Shown piece by piece: positions 1-9,428 of a stretch of DNA of 48,466 nucleotides. The stretch spans positions 1 to 48,466 of the forward strand of contig JACQHH010000159.1 in NCBI GenBank assembly GCA_016199125.1, in the 5' to 3' direction. Position numbers and translations under genes: made by a program. Positions within the stretch are counted from its first letter, which is position 1; every line of letters starts with the position of its first letter. The stretch is from Candidatus Lambdaproteobacteria bacterium (GTDB lineage: Bacteria; SAR324; JACQKK01). The notes under the pieces are model-generated. The model did not search any database. It worked only from the letters and a program-made list of their open reading frames with translations, and was not told the origin of the DNA.

Positions 1-3000
1 GAACTGCAGGACCTGGCCGATACCTTTCGCAAGGAGGAGATCGAGGTCCGCTTCACCCGGCAACTCGTGCGGGAAGAGGACGAGATCAACCTGGCCAGTG
101 CCCAGTATGCCCAGGGCGTGCGAGTGCGGGGCAAAGCGGTGCGCGAGGTGCGTCCGGAGACCAGCCTCAAGGGCTGCCTGGCTTGGCTGCGCACCGTCGC
201 GGCCCGGCCCGACCGGGGGCTGCACCTGCGCCTGGAGAGCCGCACCGCCACCAATGGGGTGGCGCTGGTGCTGGCGCAGATCTTTGCCCGCCGCCAGCAT
301 GCCTTTGCCACGCACATGGACGAAGGCAACTGGGAGTACCTCACCGCCGTGCCGGACCCCCAACTGGCCAGCATTCCGGAAGTGCTGCAATCCAAGCCGG
401 GCCTGCAACAGGCCATGCTGGAGCGTCAGTTGCGCCCCACGGGCTTCGTCTCCCTGCTGCAGCAGGTGGCACGGCTGGAATTCCTGCCGCCCGACCGCCG
501 GGCGGCCTATCAGGAAATCGTCAGGACGCGCGACGCGGACGCCATCAAGGCGCTGGCGCCGGCGGAGGTGATCAACCTGGCGCTGATCTACGAATACCAG
601 GAGCGCTACCGCGGCCTGCTCGAAAGCTTCTTCAAGTTCCTGGCGGCCTCGGAAAACGTGGGCGAGTTGGCCACGCAGTTTGAGTTGCTGTGCCAGGGCA
701 TCGCCCTGGAGACGTTGCAGGAACGGCTGATGCCCTTCGTGCTGGAACAGAAGCAGGGCAATGTGACGGGCAAGCGCAGCTTGCTCAACGAAATCCGCAT
801 CGGGCTGAACAATTCCGACGCGCTTCGGCGCGAGCACTTCGAGAGCGTGTTCACCGTCCTGGTCCTCGGGCACCGGCTGGTCACCGACCCCGGGCTCTAT
901 CGGCGCGTCGTGCGGCTGGAGCCCACCCGCGTCGAGGAACAGGAGGTGCTGGCGATGGTGCGCGAGGAACTGGGCGAGCTGCTGCCGGCCATCGATGCCT
1001 TTGCGGCCACCTCGCCTTCCGCCGACATGCCGGCCTCCGACGTCATCCGGCGCAAGCTGTTCGAGCTGGTGGTGCGGCTCACCCTGCTGGGGCGCTACAA
1101 CGACAAGTTCGGCGACGGCGGCGTGCCGCCGGGCCCCACGTTTGCCCGCGGGCTGCTGTCCTGCTTTTCCTTCAAGGTGTTCAAGATCGGCAACCTGCGC
1201 ACGCTGAATCCGCGGCTGCCGTACAAGGGCGTGGCCAAGAACCTGACGGACAAGGTTCCCGTGACCTGGGGCGAAGTGACCGCGATCCGGGAGCAACTGG
1301 CAGGCATCGTATTTCCCATGGGCGAGCTCACGCGCCGCATTGCCGCCTCGGTGCGGCGCCGCTTCAAGGATCAGGAAAAGCAAAAGCGGGTGGGTGAGCT
1401 CAACGCATACCTGCAGGGCTCGTATCCGCTGATCAGCAATTCCAACTACATCCTGGGGCAAGCGGGCATGACGGTGGTCATGCGCCAGGGTCTGCTGGAT
1501 GCCGGCGAGGGGCTGGGACTGACCATGCTCGCCTCGCGCGACCTCGTGCGCCGCCGCGAAGGGCCCGGCGCGCCCCACGAATCCAACGTGGACGTGGAGG
1601 GTTATCTGCTGCTGATGCTGCAGGACGATGCCAGGCTGTTTCCCCTGCGGGCCCACCCGGATACGCTGCGCCGCGCCTACAACTATCTCTTCCGTCGGCG
1701 GGTGGCCGGCGTGGCGCGGCGGTTCGTGAACAACAAGCTCAGCTACCTGGTGGAAAAGTTCCAGGGCGGCCTGTTTGAGATCATCTATCAGCACGTCGTG
1801 TGGCGGCACCAGATCAGCCTCTCGCGCCAGCAGTTGCGCGACGTGCTGGTGGAGCAGAACGTGTTCGACGCCGACCGCGTGCGCAGTCTGGGCTTTGAGC
1901 CCGAGCCGGCCGAACGGGCCGCCGATCGCGCCAACGCCTTCCTGCGGGCCGGCAAATCCGGCGGAGATGAAGAGCAGCCGCTGGACGTGCGCGCCCTGGA
2001 GCAGACGTACATCGCCGCGGTCAAGCGCATGAAGGCCCTGCGCGACGGCTACAAGGCGCACTTGCAGGAGCAATCGCTGCGGGGCGTTCTGGCGCGCCTG
2101 AGCGACAACGAGGTGCTGAACCTGCACGATGCGCGCTGCGCCGAGCCGCTGGGAGCCTCGCCCGCGGCGGACGTGCTGTGGAACGCGCTGGAGCGCCTGA
2201 TCAAGCAGCACTACAAGCTGTTGCTGGCCGGGGCGCGCCAGGAGGAGGCCGTGCGCATCACCCTGCACGGACCGCTGGCCTATCTGGCGCTGCTGCGCCG
2301 GGACCACACCGTGCTGCTGGGCGAGAAGCCGTTCCTGTTCCGCCTGCAGCCCGACTGGGACCTGGCTGTGGGCGAGCTGTCGGAGGGCTCGCGGGTGGTG
2401 GCCGTGCAGCTCCAGGCGCTGCTGGACAATCCGGCCGGGGCCGCGCTGAAAGAGGCTCAGGCCCTGTTGGCCGCGCACGACGGGGCCTGGCGCGAACTGC
2501 GCCATGTGGGAGGGCCGGTGCTGGTGGACGTCATTCTGCGCGAATCCATCCTGCACCTCATCAAGCCCCGGCCCCCGCTGGTGAAGGACCTGCGCAGCGT
2601 GCCCGAAGAGCGCGTCATGTGCCTGGGCACCTCGTCTCTGGATCAGGGCAAGTTCAGCCGCGTCGTGGCTCACCCCGAGCGCCGGGAGCTGTATGCCACC
2701 ATCTCGGAGTTGGCGAGCTGGCTCGCGCGCTTCACGCGTCTGCGGGACGAGATGGAAGAATATCGCACGGTCAGCGCGGACATTTGCGGCATCATCTCCT
2801 CCTTCAACTTTTCGCTCTTCGATGCGCCGTATATCGATGGCCTGTCCCGGGACCTGGTGCGGCTCAGCGAACTGCTGACCGTCCGGCCCGAGGACATCAC
2901 GCTGCATGATCTGGACGGAATCGAGCAGCATGCGCGGCAGGTGAGCAAGGCGCTGCGTGACATTCACCGGCGGGAGCTGCAACTGCCCTTCAAGGATCGC

Positions 3001-3414
3001 TGGCTGAGCCGCATCGTGATCCGCCTGCGCGGCATTCGCAGCAATGTGCGCCTGAACTTCGTGGACACGCTGTTCGAAGGCACGCTGGACGACGAGGCGC
3101 CCGCGGAGGAAGACGGGGCGCCGCCGCGACCGCCCGAGGGGCCCAGGCGCAGCGAGGATTACCAGACCTTCAGCGAGCGCGTGCGCAACGTCATCCAGGC
3201 CCGCGACCTGTTGGTGGCCAAGGACGTGTACGTCATCTCCCCGGCCAACACCCAGGAGCGGCTGACCGTCTCGGTGATCGACCAGTTGTTCCGCCTGCGC
3301 GGTTTGTTCCTGCCCATCTTCGCCGATGTCTCCGGCTGCCCCGCGTTCGAGGACACGCTGCGCGCGCGCCTGCCCCCGCACCGCCTGTTCAACATGTCAG
3401 AGTTGCAACCCTGA
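1..3414 (+). CDS. Giant hypothetical protein, 5-prime truncated by window edge (at least 1137 codons visible); no recognisable domain
   Basis: Frame +1 is open from base 1 (ELQDLADTFRKEEIEVRFTRQL...) to TGA 3412-3414. The ORF track starts at GTG 67 only because it needs a start codon. Third codon positions are G/C-rich like the neighbours. The protein is Leu/Arg/Glu-rich and looks helical. I see no TM segment and no Walker A (the closest, GNVTGKRS, has the wrong spacing). An acidic/Pro-rich linker, DDEAPAEEDGAPPRPPEGPRRSED, lies near the C-terminus. Confidence 0.7.
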   Translation, partial: ELQDLADTFRKEEIEVRFTRQLVREEDEINLASAQYAQGVRVRGKAVREVRPETSLKGCLAWLRTVAARPDRGLHLRLESRTATNGVALVLAQIFARRQHAFATHMDEGNWEYLTAVPDPQLASIPEVLQSKPGLQQAMLERQLRPTGFVSLLQQVARLEFLPPDRRAAYQEIVRTRDADAIKALAPAEVINLALIYEYQERYRGLLESFFKFLAASENVGELATQFELLCQGIALETLQERLMPFVLEQKQGNVTGKRSLLNEIRIGLNNSDALRREHFESVFTVLVLGHRLVTDPGLYRRVVRLEPTRVEEQEVLAMVREELGELLPAIDAFAATSPSADMPASDVIRRKLFELVVRLTLLGRYNDKFGDGGVPPGPTFARGLLSCFSFKVFKIGNLRTLNPRLPYKGVAKNLTDKVPVTWGEVTAIREQLAGIVFPMGELTRRIAASVRRRFKDQEKQKRVGELNAYLQGSYPLISNSNYILGQAGMTVVMRQGLLDAGEGLGLTMLASRDLVRRREGPGAPHESNVDVEGYLLLMLQDDARLFPLRAHPDTLRRAYNYLFRRRVAGVARRFVNNKLSYLVEKFQGGLFEIIYQHVVWRHQISLSRQQLRDVLVEQNVFDADRVRSLGFEPEPAERAADRANAFLRAGKSGGDEEQPLDVRALEQTYIAAVKRMKALRDGYKAHLQEQSLRGVLARLSDNEVLNLHDARCAEPLGASPAADVLWNALERLIKQHYKLLLAGARQEEAVRITLHGPLAYLALLRRDHTVLLGEKPFLFRLQPDWDLAVGELSEGSRVVAVQLQALLDNPAGAALKEAQALLAAHDGAWRELRHVGGPVLVDVILRESILHLIKPRPPLVKDLRSVPEERVMCLGTSSLDQGKFSRVVAHPERRELYATISELASWLARFTRLRDEMEEYRTVSADICGIISSFNFSLFDAPYIDGLSRDLVRLSELLTVRPEDITLHDLDGIEQHARQVSKALRDIHRRELQLPFKDRWLSRIVIRLRGIRSNVRLNFVDTLFEGTLDDEAPAEEDGAPPRPPEGPRRSEDYQTFSERVRNVIQARDLLVAKDVYVISPANTQERLTVSVIDQLFRLRGLFLPIFADVSGCPAFEDTLRARLPPHRLFNMSELQP

Positions 3415-3591
3415 CGTTCCACGCCCAGGCCTGTGCCTGTCACCATGTCCCTGTCGCCAAGCCTGATCGTGGCGTGACGCGGCCCTGCGGGCTCAATTGA
3501 ATTTCCCCCGGGCGTGGGCTAAGACAATTCAGCGCGCTTCCCGCGGCATCCCAGGCAGAGCGCCGACCCACACTTGCGAGGACGTCATTCG

Positions 3592-4575
3592 ATGAAGACC
3601 ATGCGCGCCGGCAGAATGGTGGAAGTAGGCAGGATGGTCTGCGAAGAGGCGCCCGTACCCGTTCCCGGCGACGGCGAACTGGTGGTACGCACCGCATATG
3701 CCTCGATCTGCGGCAGCGACCTGCACATGATTTACCTGGGCATTCCCTTTGGGGGAGCGCCCCAGCCGGCGGGATTTCCGGGGCACGAAGGCATCGGCGA
3801 GGTGGTGCAGAGCCGCCATGCCGACTTTGCCGAGGGCGACCTGGTGCTGACCATGCCCTTTCCCCCGGAAAGTTTCTGCTTCGCCGAGCTGCAACGGGTG
3901 CATGGCCGCTTCTGTCTCAAAATGCCGCGCGTGGAGGTGCCTCTCCTGGAGCTGTTGATGGCCCAACAGCTCGGCACGGTGATCTTTGCCCTGCGCAAAC
4001 GGCCCATCGACGTGGTGGGCAAGACGGTGATGGTGATGGGCCAGGGCTCGGCGGGGATGTTCTTTGCCTACCTGGTCAAGCGGGCCGGGGCGGCCAAGGT
4101 GATCGCCTCCGACCTGTCCGAGGCGCGCCTGGCCCAGGGGCGCAAGATGGGCGTGGATGTGGCCCTGCGGGCGGAGCACGACAATGTGCGCGAGGCTGTG
4201 CTGGATCACACCGGCGGCAAGGGGGCCGACTTCCTCATCGAGGCGGTGGGGCGCAAGGAAACGTTGGTGCAGACGGTGGACCTGGTCAAGGCCAGCGGGG
4301 ACATGCTGCTCTTCGGATTGCCGGATTCCATGCAGCCCGTGCCCTTCAATTTCCACGATTTCTTCCGCAAGGCGCTTACCGCCCACTCGGCCCACGGGGC
4401 CCAGCACGAACCGGGATTGGTCTCCTTCCGCACGGCGTTGGACCTCATCGTGCGCAGGCAGATCGACGTGGCCCCGCTGGTGAGCCACGTGTTGCCGGTG
4501 GAACAGGTGGGCGAGGCCATCGCGATGGCCAACGAACGCAGCAACAACGCGCTCAAGGTTTCCCTCTCCTTCTGA
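3592..4575 (+). CDS. Zn-dependent alcohol/polyol dehydrogenase (MDR superfamily)
   Basis: CGSDLH (catalytic Zn Cys), GHEGIGEVV (GHE motif), Rossmann VMVMGQGSAGMF. Start placed at ATG 3592 (MKTMRAGRMVEV...). ATG 3601 or the track start 3574 are alternatives. Confidence 0.85.
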   Translation: MKTMRAGRMVEVGRMVCEEAPVPVPGDGELVVRTAYASICGSDLHMIYLGIPFGGAPQPAGFPGHEGIGEVVQSRHADFAEGDLVLTMPFPPESFCFAELQRVHGRFCLKMPRVEVPLLELLMAQQLGTVIFALRKRPIDVVGKTVMVMGQGSAGMFFAYLVKRAGAAKVIASDLSEARLAQGRKMGVDVALRAEHDNVREAVLDHTGGKGADFLIEAVGRKETLVQTVDLVKASGDMLLFGLPDSMQPVPFNFHDFFRKALTAHSAHGAQHEPGLVSFRTALDLIVRRQIDVAPLVSHVLPVEQVGEAIAMANERSNNALKVSLSF

Positions 4576-4605
4576 GCGGCTCGCGCGCCGGCGCCCCGCA
4601 CTGAC

Positions 4606-4800
4606 GCGTGCGGCGAGATGCCGCCCACGCGCGGCATTTCCCCGCAGTATCGCCGGCACCAATGTGGCAGGAGGGCAGTTGTGCAGACTCAAGCGGCGCG
4701 CCGAGGTGTGCGCGCGGTCGGACGGGCGCGCGTGGCGAGTGAGCCGTAGGGCGAGGGGGTCGGGGCTTTCAGGTGGGCAGGCGCGTGCGGCGAGATGCCG
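4606..4800. repeat. Pair of identical 18-bp direct repeats GCGTGCGGCGAGATGCCG (4606-4623 and 4783-4800)
   Basis: Read directly from the sequence. Both copies sit in the convergent intergenic gap between the ADH and livF 3-prime ends. The first copy overlaps the terminator hairpin. Confidence 0.85.
4618..4641 (+). terminator. Candidate intrinsic terminator after the ADH gene
   Basis: ATGCCGC (4618-4624) / loop CCACGC / GCGGCAT (4631-4637), followed by TTTCCCC. It lies 43 nt after the stop codon. Confidence 0.45.
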
Positions 4801-4807
4801 TTGGCGC

Positions 4808-5515
4808 CTACAGCCCGCAGCGTTCGCGCACTTCCGGGCTGGTTTCCATCTCGGACTTGCTGCCTGCGAAACACACGCTGCCCCGCTCCAGCACATAGCC
4901 GCGGTTGGAGATGCGGATCGCCATGCGCGCGTTCTGCTCCACGAGCAGCACTGTGCGCCCGTCGCGGTTGATGTCCTCGATGATCTGCATCAGGTGCTGC
5001 ACCAGGATCGGAGCCAGACCCTCGGAAGGCTCGTCGATGAGCAGCAGGTCGGCATGGCTCATCAGCGCCCGGCCGATGGCAAGCATCTGCTGCTGTCCGC
5101 CGCTGAGCTTGAGGCCCGGATTCTTCAGCAGCGGCACCAGCTCGGGAAAGTAGCCCAGCACCTCGTCCAGGCGCCTCTGGCGCTGGGTGGCATTGAGCCC
5201 GGCGGTGTTGTTGAGGCCCATCTCCAGATTCTCGCGCACGCTCAGCCGCCCGAAGATGCGCCGGGTCTCAGGCACATAGGCAATGCCCAGGCGCGAGATC
5301 TTGTGCAGGGGCAGGCCGGCGATGTCCTGCCCGCGGTACTGGACGCGGCCTTCGGACGGCGCGAGGATGCCCATGATGCATTTCAGCGTGGTGGTCTTGC
5401 CAACGCCGTTGCGTCCCAGCAGGCACACGGTCTCGCCTTCGTTGACCTCCAGCGACACGCCCTGCAGCACGTGGCTCAATTCGTAATGGGCGTGCAGCCC
5501 CTCCACCTTGAGCAT
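4808..5515 (-). CDS. livF: Branched-chain/hydrophobic amino-acid ABC transporter ATP-binding protein (LivF/BraG type)
   Basis: MLKVEGLHAHY..., Walker A GRNGVGKTT, signature LSGGQQQM, Walker B LLLIDEPSEGL. 235 aa, last gene of the operon. Confidence 0.9.
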   Translation of the reverse strand: MLKVEGLHAHYELSHVLQGVSLEVNEGETVCLLGRNGVGKTTTLKCIMGILAPSEGRVQYRGQDIAGLPLHKISRLGIAYVPETRRIFGRLSVRENLEMGLNNTAGLNATQRQRRLDEVLGYFPELVPLLKNPGLKLSGGQQQMLAIGRALMSHADLLLIDEPSEGLAPILVQHLMQIIEDINRDGRTVLLVEQNARMAIRISNRGYVLERGSVCFAGSKSEMETSPEVRERCGL

Positions 5516-5521
5516 CGTCGC

Positions 5522-6262
5522 TTACTCCTCCGCTCCGAAATAGGCCTTGATCACCTGCGGGTTGGACTTCAGCTCGGCAAAGCGGCCCTGGGCAATCACG
5601 CTGCCGAAATCCAGCACATAGATGCGGTCGCTCAGGTCCTTGACCACCTCCATGTCGTGCTCGATGAGCAGCACGGCCAATTGAGGGCGCGCTGTTTTCA
5701 GGTTGCGCAGCAGGGCAATGGTCTGGCGCGTCTCCAGCGGCGTCATGCCCGAGGTGGGCTCGTCCAGCATCAGCAGGCGCGGAGCGGCGGCCAAGGCCAG
5801 GGCGATCTCCAGGTAGCGCTGGTCGCCGTGAGACAGGTTGCCCGCCGTGACGTCGGCCAGCTCCAGCAGCCCCACGTCGCGCAGAATGGCCCAGGCCTCC
5901 TCTTCCTTGCGCGCGAACCAGGTGCCGAACAGCCCCGGCGTGGCTCCCTGACAGGCCAGGCGCACGTTCTCGAAGACGTCCAGACCCTGGAAGATGTTGG
6001 TGATCTGGAACGAACGCGCGATGCCCGCGTGGTTGCGCCGCTCCGGGGGGAAGCGGCTGATGTCCCGTCCGGCGAAGCGCACATGGCCGCGCGTGGCCGG
6101 AAAGGCCCCGGTGAGCATGTTGAACACGGTGGTCTTGCCCGCGCCGTTGGGGCCGATGATGGCGCACACCTCGCCCTCGGCGATGGTGAGGTCCACCAGG
6201 TTCACGGCGCGCACCGCTCCGAAATCCTTTGTCAATCCCTGCACTTCCAGCACGGTGCTCAC
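5522..6262 (-). CDS. livG: Branched-chain amino-acid ABC transporter ATP-binding protein (LivG/BraF type)
   Basis: Walker A GPNGAGKTT, signature LSHGDQRYLEIA, Walker B LLMLDEPTSGM. The GTG start overlaps the livM stop (GTGA). Confidence 0.9.
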   Translation of the reverse strand: MSTVLEVQGLTKDFGAVRAVNLVDLTIAEGEVCAIIGPNGAGKTTVFNMLTGAFPATRGHVRFAGRDISRFPPERRNHAGIARSFQITNIFQGLDVFENVRLACQGATPGLFGTWFARKEEEAWAILRDVGLLELADVTAGNLSHGDQRYLEIALALAAAPRLLMLDEPTSGMTPLETRQTIALLRNLKTARPQLAVLLIEHDMEVVKDLSDRIYVLDFGSVIAQGRFAELKSNPQVIKAYFGAEE

Positions 6263-7254
6263 GGCCGCTTGCGCTCCCCGAGAAAGCCGAACAATCCGTC
6301 GGACTTGAAGATCACGACGAAGATGAACAGGATGCCCACGAAGATGTTGTACGATTCCGTCCAGCCGCTGACGATTTCGGTGAACACGGTGAGGATCACG
6401 CCGCCCAGCACCGCGCCCAGCAGGGTGCCCATGCCCCCGATGAGCGCCATCACGATCACTTCGCCGGAGATGATGAAGAAGAGCTGCTCCGGCGCGGCAA
6501 AGCCCTTGAAGATGGCGTAGAGCCCGCCGGCCAGCCCGGCAATGCCCGCGGACATGCAGAACACCGTGATCTTGAGCAGCTTGGTGTTGAAGCCCAGGAA
6601 GGGCAGGCGCCCTTCGTTCTCGCGCATGGCCACCAGCGCATGGCCGAAGGGCGAGCGTACCACCAGCACCACGGCGGCCAGCACCAGCACCAGCAGCGCC
6701 AGCACGAAGTAGTAATAAGTCACGTTGGATTCCAGCGACAACTGAAACCCGAAGAGCGAGAGCGGCGGACGCTTGAGGCCGATCAGCCCGTCCGAGCCGC
6801 CCAGATGCTCAAAGTGGAACACGAATCGGTAGAGCACCTCGGCAAAGGCCAGCGTGAGAATGGAAAAGTAGATGCCCGTGGTGCGGATGGACACCACGCC
6901 CACGATCACCGCCAGCACCACGGACAGCACCACGGCCAGCAACAGCCCCAGCCACATGGACGCGCCCAGGTACATCAGCGAGACGGCCGCCGCATAGCCG
7001 CCGCCGCCAAAGAAGGCCGCGTGGCCGAAGCTGACCAGCCCCGCGCGGCCCACCAGCAGATCGTAGCTCAGGGCGAACAGCCCGAAGATCAGCGCTTCGG
7101 CGGCCACCAGCACGCCAAAGGGGCCCAGCAACGCCGGGGCCAGCAGCCCCAGCGCCACGGCGGCGGCGAAGGCGCCCAAAAAGCGCGGGCGAGTCCACAC
7201 GTCGACCCGGCGTGCCGGCACGGCCTGCAGCTCCACGTTGTCCAGCGCGGTCAT
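6259..7254 (-). CDS. livM: Branched-chain amino-acid ABC transporter permease (LivM type)
   Basis: Polytopic membrane protein with GLVSFGHAAFFGGGGY and GGMGTLLGAVLGG motifs. Start chosen at ATG 7252-7254 (MTALDNV...), which forms an ATGA overlap with the livH stop. The track ORF extends to 7347. Confidence 0.88.
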   Translation of the reverse strand: MTALDNVELQAVPARRVDVWTRPRFLGAFAAAVALGLLAPALLGPFGVLVAAEALIFGLFALSYDLLVGRAGLVSFGHAAFFGGGGYAAAVSLMYLGASMWLGLLLAVVLSVVLAVIVGVVSIRTTGIYFSILTLAFAEVLYRFVFHFEHLGGSDGLIGLKRPPLSLFGFQLSLESNVTYYYFVLALLVLVLAAVVLVVRSPFGHALVAMRENEGRLPFLGFNTKLLKITVFCMSAGIAGLAGGLYAIFKGFAAPEQLFFIISGEVIVMALIGGMGTLLGAVLGGVILTVFTEIVSGWTESYNIFVGILFIFVVIFKSDGLFGFLGERKRP

Positions 7255-8120
7255 AGCTTGGCTCCGAACAGGCCCTCGGGTCGCAGCACCAGAATCACGA
7301 TGAGGAACACGAACACCGTGGCCTCCGAATAGACCGGGCTGATCCACAGCGCGCTGACGCTGATGTACTCGCCGATGAGCACGCCCGCCACCACGGCGCC
7401 GCGGATACTGCCCAGGCCGCCCACGATGACGACGATGAAGCTGAAGAGAATCAGGTCCAGCCCCATGTAGGGGTAGATGCTGAAGATGGGCGCCAGCAGC
7501 ACGCCGCTCAGGGCGGCCAGCCCCGCCCCGACGGCGAAGACGATGCCGAACAGCGCGTTCACGTCCACGCCCGTGGCGGCCAGCATCTCACGGTCCTCCG
7601 AGGCGGCGCGGATCATGGCCCCGGTGCGCGAGCGGGTCATGAAGAGCCAGATGCCCAGCATGATGACGGCGGAAAACCCCAGCACCACCAGCCGGTACAG
7701 CGGGTAGTACAAGTCCAGCAGCTGCACCGAGCCGCCCACCGGGGCTTCCAGGGTCTTGAAATCCCCGCCCCAGATCAGCCGGGCCACCTCGCGCAGAATC
7801 AGGCCCAACCCGAACGTGAGCAGCAGATAGAAGATGTGGTTGCGGCCATATAGCGGGCGGAACACCGTGCGCTCGGCCAGCCAGCCCAGCGCCGCCACGG
7901 CACACACGGCCACCACGGCGGCCAGCCAGAAGCTGGGCACCGCGAACAGCATGGTGTAGGCGATGTAGGCCCCGGCCATGTACAGCTCGCCGTGGGCGAA
8001 GTTCACCAGGCCCATCAACCCGAAAATCACGGTAAGTCCCACGGCCACCAGCACGATGGCCATGCCCCACACCAGTCCGTGCAACAACTGGGGGGCCAGA
8101 CTGAAGACGAAGAAATCCAC
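7251..8120 (-). CDS. livH: Branched-chain amino-acid ABC transporter permease (LivH type)
   Basis: 289 aa, GTG start (MDFFVFSLAPQLLHGLVWG...), NFAHGELYMAGAY and GGLGSIRGAVVAG motifs typical of LivH. Confidence 0.9.
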   Translation of the reverse strand: MDFFVFSLAPQLLHGLVWGMAIVLVAVGLTVIFGLMGLVNFAHGELYMAGAYIAYTMLFAVPSFWLAAVVAVCAVAALGWLAERTVFRPLYGRNHIFYLLLTFGLGLILREVARLIWGGDFKTLEAPVGGSVQLLDLYYPLYRLVVLGFSAVIMLGIWLFMTRSRTGAMIRAASEDREMLAATGVDVNALFGIVFAVGAGLAALSGVLLAPIFSIYPYMGLDLILFSFIVVIVGGLGSIRGAVVAGVLIGEYISVSALWISPVYSEATVFVFLIVILVLRPEGLFGAKL

Positions 8121-8178
8121 GCGTCACCCATCGCCAGTGCCCGCGGCAGGACGGAGACCCGCAAGGGATACCCGCCGA

Positions 8179-8204
8179 CCCGCGGAGCCCGCAAGCTCCG
8201 CGGG
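8179..8204 (-). promoter_or_regulatory. Perfect 10-bp stem-loop between the SBP gene and livH
   Basis: CCCGCGGAGC (8179-8188) / loop CCGCAA / GCTCCGCGGG (8195-8204). A second, smaller hairpin, CGCCCGC-A-GCGGGCG, lies at about 8229-8243. Both are in the 138-nt spacer downstream of the binding-protein gene. Confidence 0.5.
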
Positions 8205-8258
8205 TGCGGCCGAGCAATCCCTGCGCGTCGCCCGCAGCGGGCGGTGCGGTTACCGTCC

Positions 8259-9428
8259 TTACATCCCGCTGCATTCCTCGGGAATGGTCAGCTCGGCGGC
8301 CGGCACCTTGGAGACCATCTCGTCACGACCGCCCTGGATGTCCAGCACGTACATATCCATCAGGGCCTGATGGTCCGACTTGCGCATGGTCTTGGGACCT
8401 TGCGGGCCATTGTACGTCGAGCCTTCCATGGCCGCGGCCACTTTGGCGCCTTCCACACTGCCGGCCTTTTTCACCGCCTGCGCCAGCCACATCACGGACT
8501 CATAGGTGGCCGTGGTGAACTTGTTGGGCTCGCGCCCGTAGCGTTTGGTGTAGGCCTGGATGAACGCCACGTTTTCCGGCGTCTTGATGGTGGGGCTCCA
8601 CTGGTCCACTTTCTGGATGCCGTCCGCTTTGGCGCCCACCGCCGCCAGCACCTCGCCCGAGGTGAACGAGCCGGGGCCAAAGAGCTTCATGCGCTTGTTG
8701 ATGCCGAATTCCTGCACCTGCGTGATGCTGCTGATGGCGTCCTTGGAAGAAGCCGTGATCAACAGCACGTCCGGCTTGGCCGCCTGCACCTTGCCGAAAT
8801 AGGGGGCAAAGTCCTTGGTGCCCAACGGGAAATACATCTCGCCCACGCTCGTGCCACCCGAGGCCAGCACCTCGTCCTTGAACGTCTGGGTCGTGGCCTT
8901 GCCCCATTCATAATCGGCGGCCAGGAAGAACACCTTGCCGCCCATCTTCTTCATGATCTGGGCGCCGGTCTTGGACTCGAAATAGGAGTTGGAGTTCACG
9001 CGGAACGTGTACTTGTTGCAGTTGTCGCCGGTGATCTTGGGCGACATGGAGATGGGCACCATCATCACCTTTTCGTATTTCTTGGCGATGTTCATGGCGT
9101 TCAGCGTGGCGCCGCTGCTGATCGTGCCCACGATGAAGTCCACCTTGTCCTGCAGGAACAACTTCTCGGCCTTGGTGGCGGATTTGCCGGGGTTGGAGGC
9201 GTCGTCCTCGCGCACCATCTCCAGCTTGCGGCCGAGCAGGCCGCCGGCGGCGTTGATCTCTTCGATGGCCATTTCAGTGGCGTTGTGCTGTTCCACGCCG
9301 ATCGTGGCGTAAGGCCCGGTGGTGTCGGTGAGGCTGCCGATCTTGATCGTCTCGGCCGCCTGCCCGGCGGCCACGGCAAATGCGAGGAAAAAGACAGCGC
9401 TGGCTAGCGCGACGATTGCTCGTTTCAT
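8259..9428 (-). CDS. Periplasmic substrate-binding protein, Leu/Ile/Val-binding (type 1 PBP) family
   Basis: Signal peptide MKRAIVALASAVFFLAFAVAAGQA, then ETIKIGSLTDTTGPYATIG...AIEEINAAGGLLGRKLE, typical of LivK/LivJ-like SBPs. GGAGGAG RBS. Confidence 0.88.
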   Translation of the reverse strand: MKRAIVALASAVFFLAFAVAAGQAAETIKIGSLTDTTGPYATIGVEQHNATEMAIEEINAAGGLLGRKLEMVREDDASNPGKSATKAEKLFLQDKVDFIVGTISSGATLNAMNIAKKYEKVMMVPISMSPKITGDNCNKYTFRVNSNSYFESKTGAQIMKKMGGKVFFLAADYEWGKATTQTFKDEVLASGGTSVGEMYFPLGTKDFAPYFGKVQAAKPDVLLITASSKDAISSITQVQEFGINKRMKLFGPGSFTSGEVLAAVGAKADGIQKVDQWSPTIKTPENVAFIQAYTKRYGREPNKFTTATYESVMWLAQAVKKAGSVEGAKVAAAMEGSTYNGPQGPKTMRKSDHQALMDMYVLDIQGGRDEMVSKVPAAELTIPEECSGM

